From Myxococcota bacterium (GTDB lineage Bacteria; Myxococcota_A; UBA796; SXON01), in the NCBI GenBank assembly GCA_040386535.1, contig JAZKFH010000053.1, positions 1 through 64,000 of the forward strand: DNA of 64,000 bases, in the 5' to 3' direction. A program made the translations under genes and the position numbers. The notes beneath the pieces were generated by a model, which worked only from the letters and a program-made list of their open reading frames with translations, made no database searches and had not been told where the DNA came from. Positions 61,455 to 64,000 of the stretch are shown here, piece by piece (position 1 is the first letter of the stretch; each line of letters starts with the position of its first letter).

Positions 61455-62146
61455 GTGGCGACGTCCTCGGGCGTGGTCAGGCGCCCATGTGGGTTGCGCC
61501 CCAACGCCTTCTCGACGAGCTTGTCCGCGCCGGGGATCTTGTCGAGCGCCGCGGTCTGGGTGACCCCGGCCAGGATGCTGTTGGCGGTGATCCCGCGCGG
61601 GGCAAGCTCGATGGCGAGCTGGCGGATGTGGGCTTCCAACGCGGCCTTCGCCGCGCTCACCGGCCCGTAACCCGGCCACGCCATGTGCGAGCCGCTCGAG
61701 GTCATCGCGAACACACGGGCGTTGTCGCTGAACAGGCCCGCGGCCACGAGATCCTGGGTCCAGTACACGAGCGAGTGGCCCATGACGTCGACCGTCATCT
61801 CGATCTGCTTCCGGGTCGCGCCCTTGCCCTCCGCCGGAACGAAGGCCTTGAGCGTGCCGAACGCCAGCGAGTGCAGGAACACACGCAGCCCGCCTGCCGG
61901 GATGGCGGCGGTGAACGTGGCCATGGCCTCCGCGCGCCGGTCATCGTCCGCGGCGTTCACGTTGAGGAACACGGCCTGGCGGCCCATGCCGCGGAGCTCC
62001 TCGACCAGCGCGTCGACCTGGGCCTGGCCCGCGCGACGGTCGAGGTGCACGCCGGCCACGTCGTAACCGGCGGCGGCGAAGGCCCGCGCCGCCGCGGCCC
62101 CGAAGCCCGAGGAGACACCGAGCACCAGGATCCAGGGCGCGGGCAT
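61367..62146 (-). CDS. SDR oxidoreductase, enoyl-ACP reductase (FabL/FabI)-like
   Basis: LGVSSGFG, HSLAFG, YGPVSAAKAALE, GRLTTPEDVA, IRVDGG. Confidence 0.85.
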   Translation of the reverse strand: MPAPWILVLGVSSGFGAAAARAFAAAGYDVAGVHLDRRAGQAQVDALVEELRGMGRQAVFLNVNAADDDRRAEAMATFTAAIPAGGLRVFLHSLAFGTLKAFVPAEGKGATRKQIEMTVDVMGHSLVYWTQDLVAAGLFSDNARVFAMTSSGSHMAWPGYGPVSAAKAALEAHIRQLAIELAPRGITANSILAGVTQTAALDKIPGADKLVEKALGRNPHGRLTTPEDVATCLVDLSRPGTRWMNGNVIRVDGGEDCSG

Positions 62147-62152
62147 GCGGGC

Positions 62153-63061
62153 TTAGTGGGGAGCGGGCGCGGCGGGGGCCGCCGGGGGCGTGGCGCCGGG
62201 CGCGGCGTCCGTCTGCACGGCGGCGGGGGACACGGTCGCGCCACCGGCGGCGGGGGCGGTCGGCGTGGTCATCGTGGCGCCCTTCTTGAGCTCCTCGATG
62301 TAGGCCTCGACCACGTCGTTCCGGAGCTGCGACTTGATCTTCTCCGACACTTCCTCGACGGGCACGGCGTCGCGCTTGTCGTCGATCAGGATGACGTGGA
62401 AGCCGTACTTGGTGGCGACCGGCCCGACGAGGTCACCCTTGTTGGCGGCGAACGCGGCGGTCGCGAACTCCTCCACCATGCGGGTCTTCTCGAACCAGCC
62501 GAGATCCCCGCCTTCCTTGGCGGAGCCCTTGTCCGTGGAAAGCTCGGTCGCGAGCTTGGAGAAGTCGGCGCCGCCCTTCACGTCGGCGAGCACCTTGTCG
62601 GCCACGGCCTTGTCGGCGACGAGGATGTGGCGCGCCTTGACCTGGGGCTTGGCGAACTGGACGAGGTGGTCGTTGTACCAGGTCTTCACCGCCTCGTCGG
62701 TGGTGCGCTGCTTCACGATGTCCTCGAGCAGCGCGTTGGCGAGCGCGTTGCGGGCGGAGAGCGCGAGGCCCTGCTTGGTCTCGGGCTTCTCGTGCAGCTT
62801 GAGCTTGATCGCCTCTTGGTAGAGCAGCTCGCCGATGACGACCTGGTCCTTGACCTGGGCGAGCTGGCCGCGGGCGATCACCTGGTCGCGCACGTTGGCG
62901 GGGAGCTGGGCGAGCGTGGCGTCGACCATGCCCTGCGTCACGTTCTGGCCGTTGACGACCTGGAGGACCTCACCGACGCGCTCGACCTCGCCGGGGACCG
63001 GCGGGGGAGGGGGCTCGCAGGCGGTCAGGATGACGAGGAGGGGCAGAAGGAAGCGCGACAT
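62153..63061 (-). CDS. PpiC/PrsA-type peptidyl-prolyl isomerase lipoprotein
   Basis: LTAC, KARHILV, GADFSKLA..STD.GS...GGDLGWF...MVEEF, TKYGFHVI. Confidence 0.93.
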   Translation of the reverse strand: MSRFLLPLLVILTACEPPPPPVPGEVERVGEVLQVVNGQNVTQGMVDATLAQLPANVRDQVIARGQLAQVKDQVVIGELLYQEAIKLKLHEKPETKQGLALSARNALANALLEDIVKQRTTDEAVKTWYNDHLVQFAKPQVKARHILVADKAVADKVLADVKGGADFSKLATELSTDKGSAKEGGDLGWFEKTRMVEEFATAAFAANKGDLVGPVATKYGFHVILIDDKRDAVPVEEVSEKIKSQLRNDVVEAYIEELKKGATMTTPTAPAAGGATVSPAAVQTDAAPGATPPAAPAAPAPH

Positions 63062-63109
63062 GGGAGACCTCGAAACGGCCGCCCCCTCTAGACGTTTCCC
63101 TCGCGGTCG

Positions 63110-63664
63110 TCAAGAGACGGAACTGGCGTTTACACTGTCGCGCGCCGCACGGATGCGCTCCCGCCGGGCGTCGTTGCGCGCCTCTGCTTCGGTGCCGACG
63201 TAGGGGCGCCGGGTCCCGAGGAGCTGATCGAACCAGGGGCGGGTGACGCACCAATTCGCCTCCTGGTCGGGGCCCATGTGGTGGTCGTAGTGCCACGGCA
63301 GCTTCTCCCGCGCCCAGGCGGGGTCGAGGTGCGCGCGGCGGTGGCAGCGGTAGTAGTTGAGGCCGCCGTACACGAGCGTGCCCGCGAAGACGGGCGCCAC
63401 GGGGAAGAGCGCGGCCACGGGCACGGTGAGCAGGACGAGGCCGAGGAGCTCGCGGCCTTGGGCATTCCACTGGAACGGTGATTGTTCGTAGGCGGGATCC
63501 CGGCCGCGTGTACGTAGAGCAGCGACGTGGTGCTCGTCCAGGTGGAAGTTCCAGAAGCTCTTGCGGTCGCGCCCGCGCCCGTGCAGCACGTACTTGTGGA
63601 TGAGCCACTCCGAGGCGTTGCACGCGAGGAGGCCGAGGGGAATGCCGATCAGGGACCCGATCAT
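63110..63664 (-). CDS. Fatty-acid hydroxylase/sterol-desaturase-like membrane protein
   Basis: EWLIHKYVLH, HLDEHH, HRRAH, WHYDHH, NWCVT..FDQLLGTR histidine boxes. Confidence 0.75.
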   Translation of the reverse strand: MIGSLIGIPLGLLACNASEWLIHKYVLHGRGRDRKSFWNFHLDEHHVAALRTRGRDPAYEQSPFQWNAQGRELLGLVLLTVPVAALFPVAPVFAGTLVYGGLNYYRCHRRAHLDPAWAREKLPWHYDHHMGPDQEANWCVTRPWFDQLLGTRRPYVGTEAEARNDARRERIRAARDSVNASSVS

Positions 63665-63713
63665 GGGGCGCTCCGCGTGCCGCCGGACGGCAGGAATGAG
63701 GACGGCCGAAAGA

Positions 63714-63752
63714 ATGACGCATGTGTCATAAACAGATCTGACACGGTCGTCA
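63714..63752. promoter_or_regulatory. Two TGAC-N6-GTCA palindromes, probable TetR operators in a divergent promoter region
   Basis: ATGACGCATGTGTCAT (63714-63729) and TGACACGGTCGTCA (63739-63752). Confidence 0.65.
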
Positions 63753-63780
63753 TCTTTTTCCGCGCGATAGGAGGAGCGCC

Positions 63781-64000
63781 ATGGGACGGCGGGAACAGAA
63801 CAAGGCCGACAAGCGCGAACGCCTCCTGGCGGCGGGCCTCGCCGCGTTCCTGGAGGAGGGATGGTCGGCGGCTAGCGTGGAGCGCATCGCGGCTGACGCT
63901 GGCGTGGCCCGCGGCACGTTCTACCTGTACTTCCGCGACAAGGAGGCGCTCTTCGTGGCGCTGATCGACGGCGTCGTCGCGCCGGTGGGCGCCGTGTTGA
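63781..64000 (+). CDS. TetR/AcrR family regulator (runs off the window)
   Basis: Read manually: MGRREQNKADKRERLLAAG..SVERIAADAGVARGTFYLYFRDKEALF; AGGAG RBS. Confidence 0.9.
   Translation, partial: MGRREQNKADKRERLLAAGLAAFLEEGWSAASVERIAADAGVARGTFYLYFRDKEALFVALIDGVVAPVGAVL

Overview
Very GC-rich bacterial chromosomal window. The lineage is probably Myxococcota or a related deltaproteobacterial group, inferred from Asp-Thr repeat lipoproteins, Cys/Asp-rich MopE-type repeats and MYXO-CTERM-like tails. Left to right it holds: (1) a 7-gene RDD-SpoIIM-membrane-DUF4129-DUF4350-MoxR-DUF58 cluster; (2) a ~9.6-kb island with no integrase, bracketed by a ~680-bp direct duplication of the gpsA 3' end, carrying an SNF2 helicase + type III Mod + Res operon (the Mod core looks swapped, with low GC), a small HhH protein and two lipoproteins; (3) gpsA, a Ycf46-like AAA ATPase, duplicated DT-repeat lipoproteins, a ZIP transporter, catalase, Uma2, a GshB-like ligase and an ECF sigma/anti-sigma pair; (4) the conserved tadA-tRNA-Ser x2-ffs-dnaX-ybaB-recR block, with dnaX split into two ORFs; (5) thiS, pilT, an AsnB-like ligase lacking Cys1, a repeat-rich decayed region and a second SNF2 helicase; (6) two mirror-image PD40-lipoprotein + M23 peptidase modules; (7) an isc operon (iscSUA-hscBA-fdx) headed by a 4-Cys MerR-family regulator with its own palindromic operator instead of IscR; (8) an esterase, an SDR, a PPIase, a hydroxylase-like protein and a truncated TetR. 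The best candidates for novelty are the MerR-controlled isc operon, the homology-bounded SNF2/type III RM island and the split dnaX. All calls come from motif reading only; no database searches were run.
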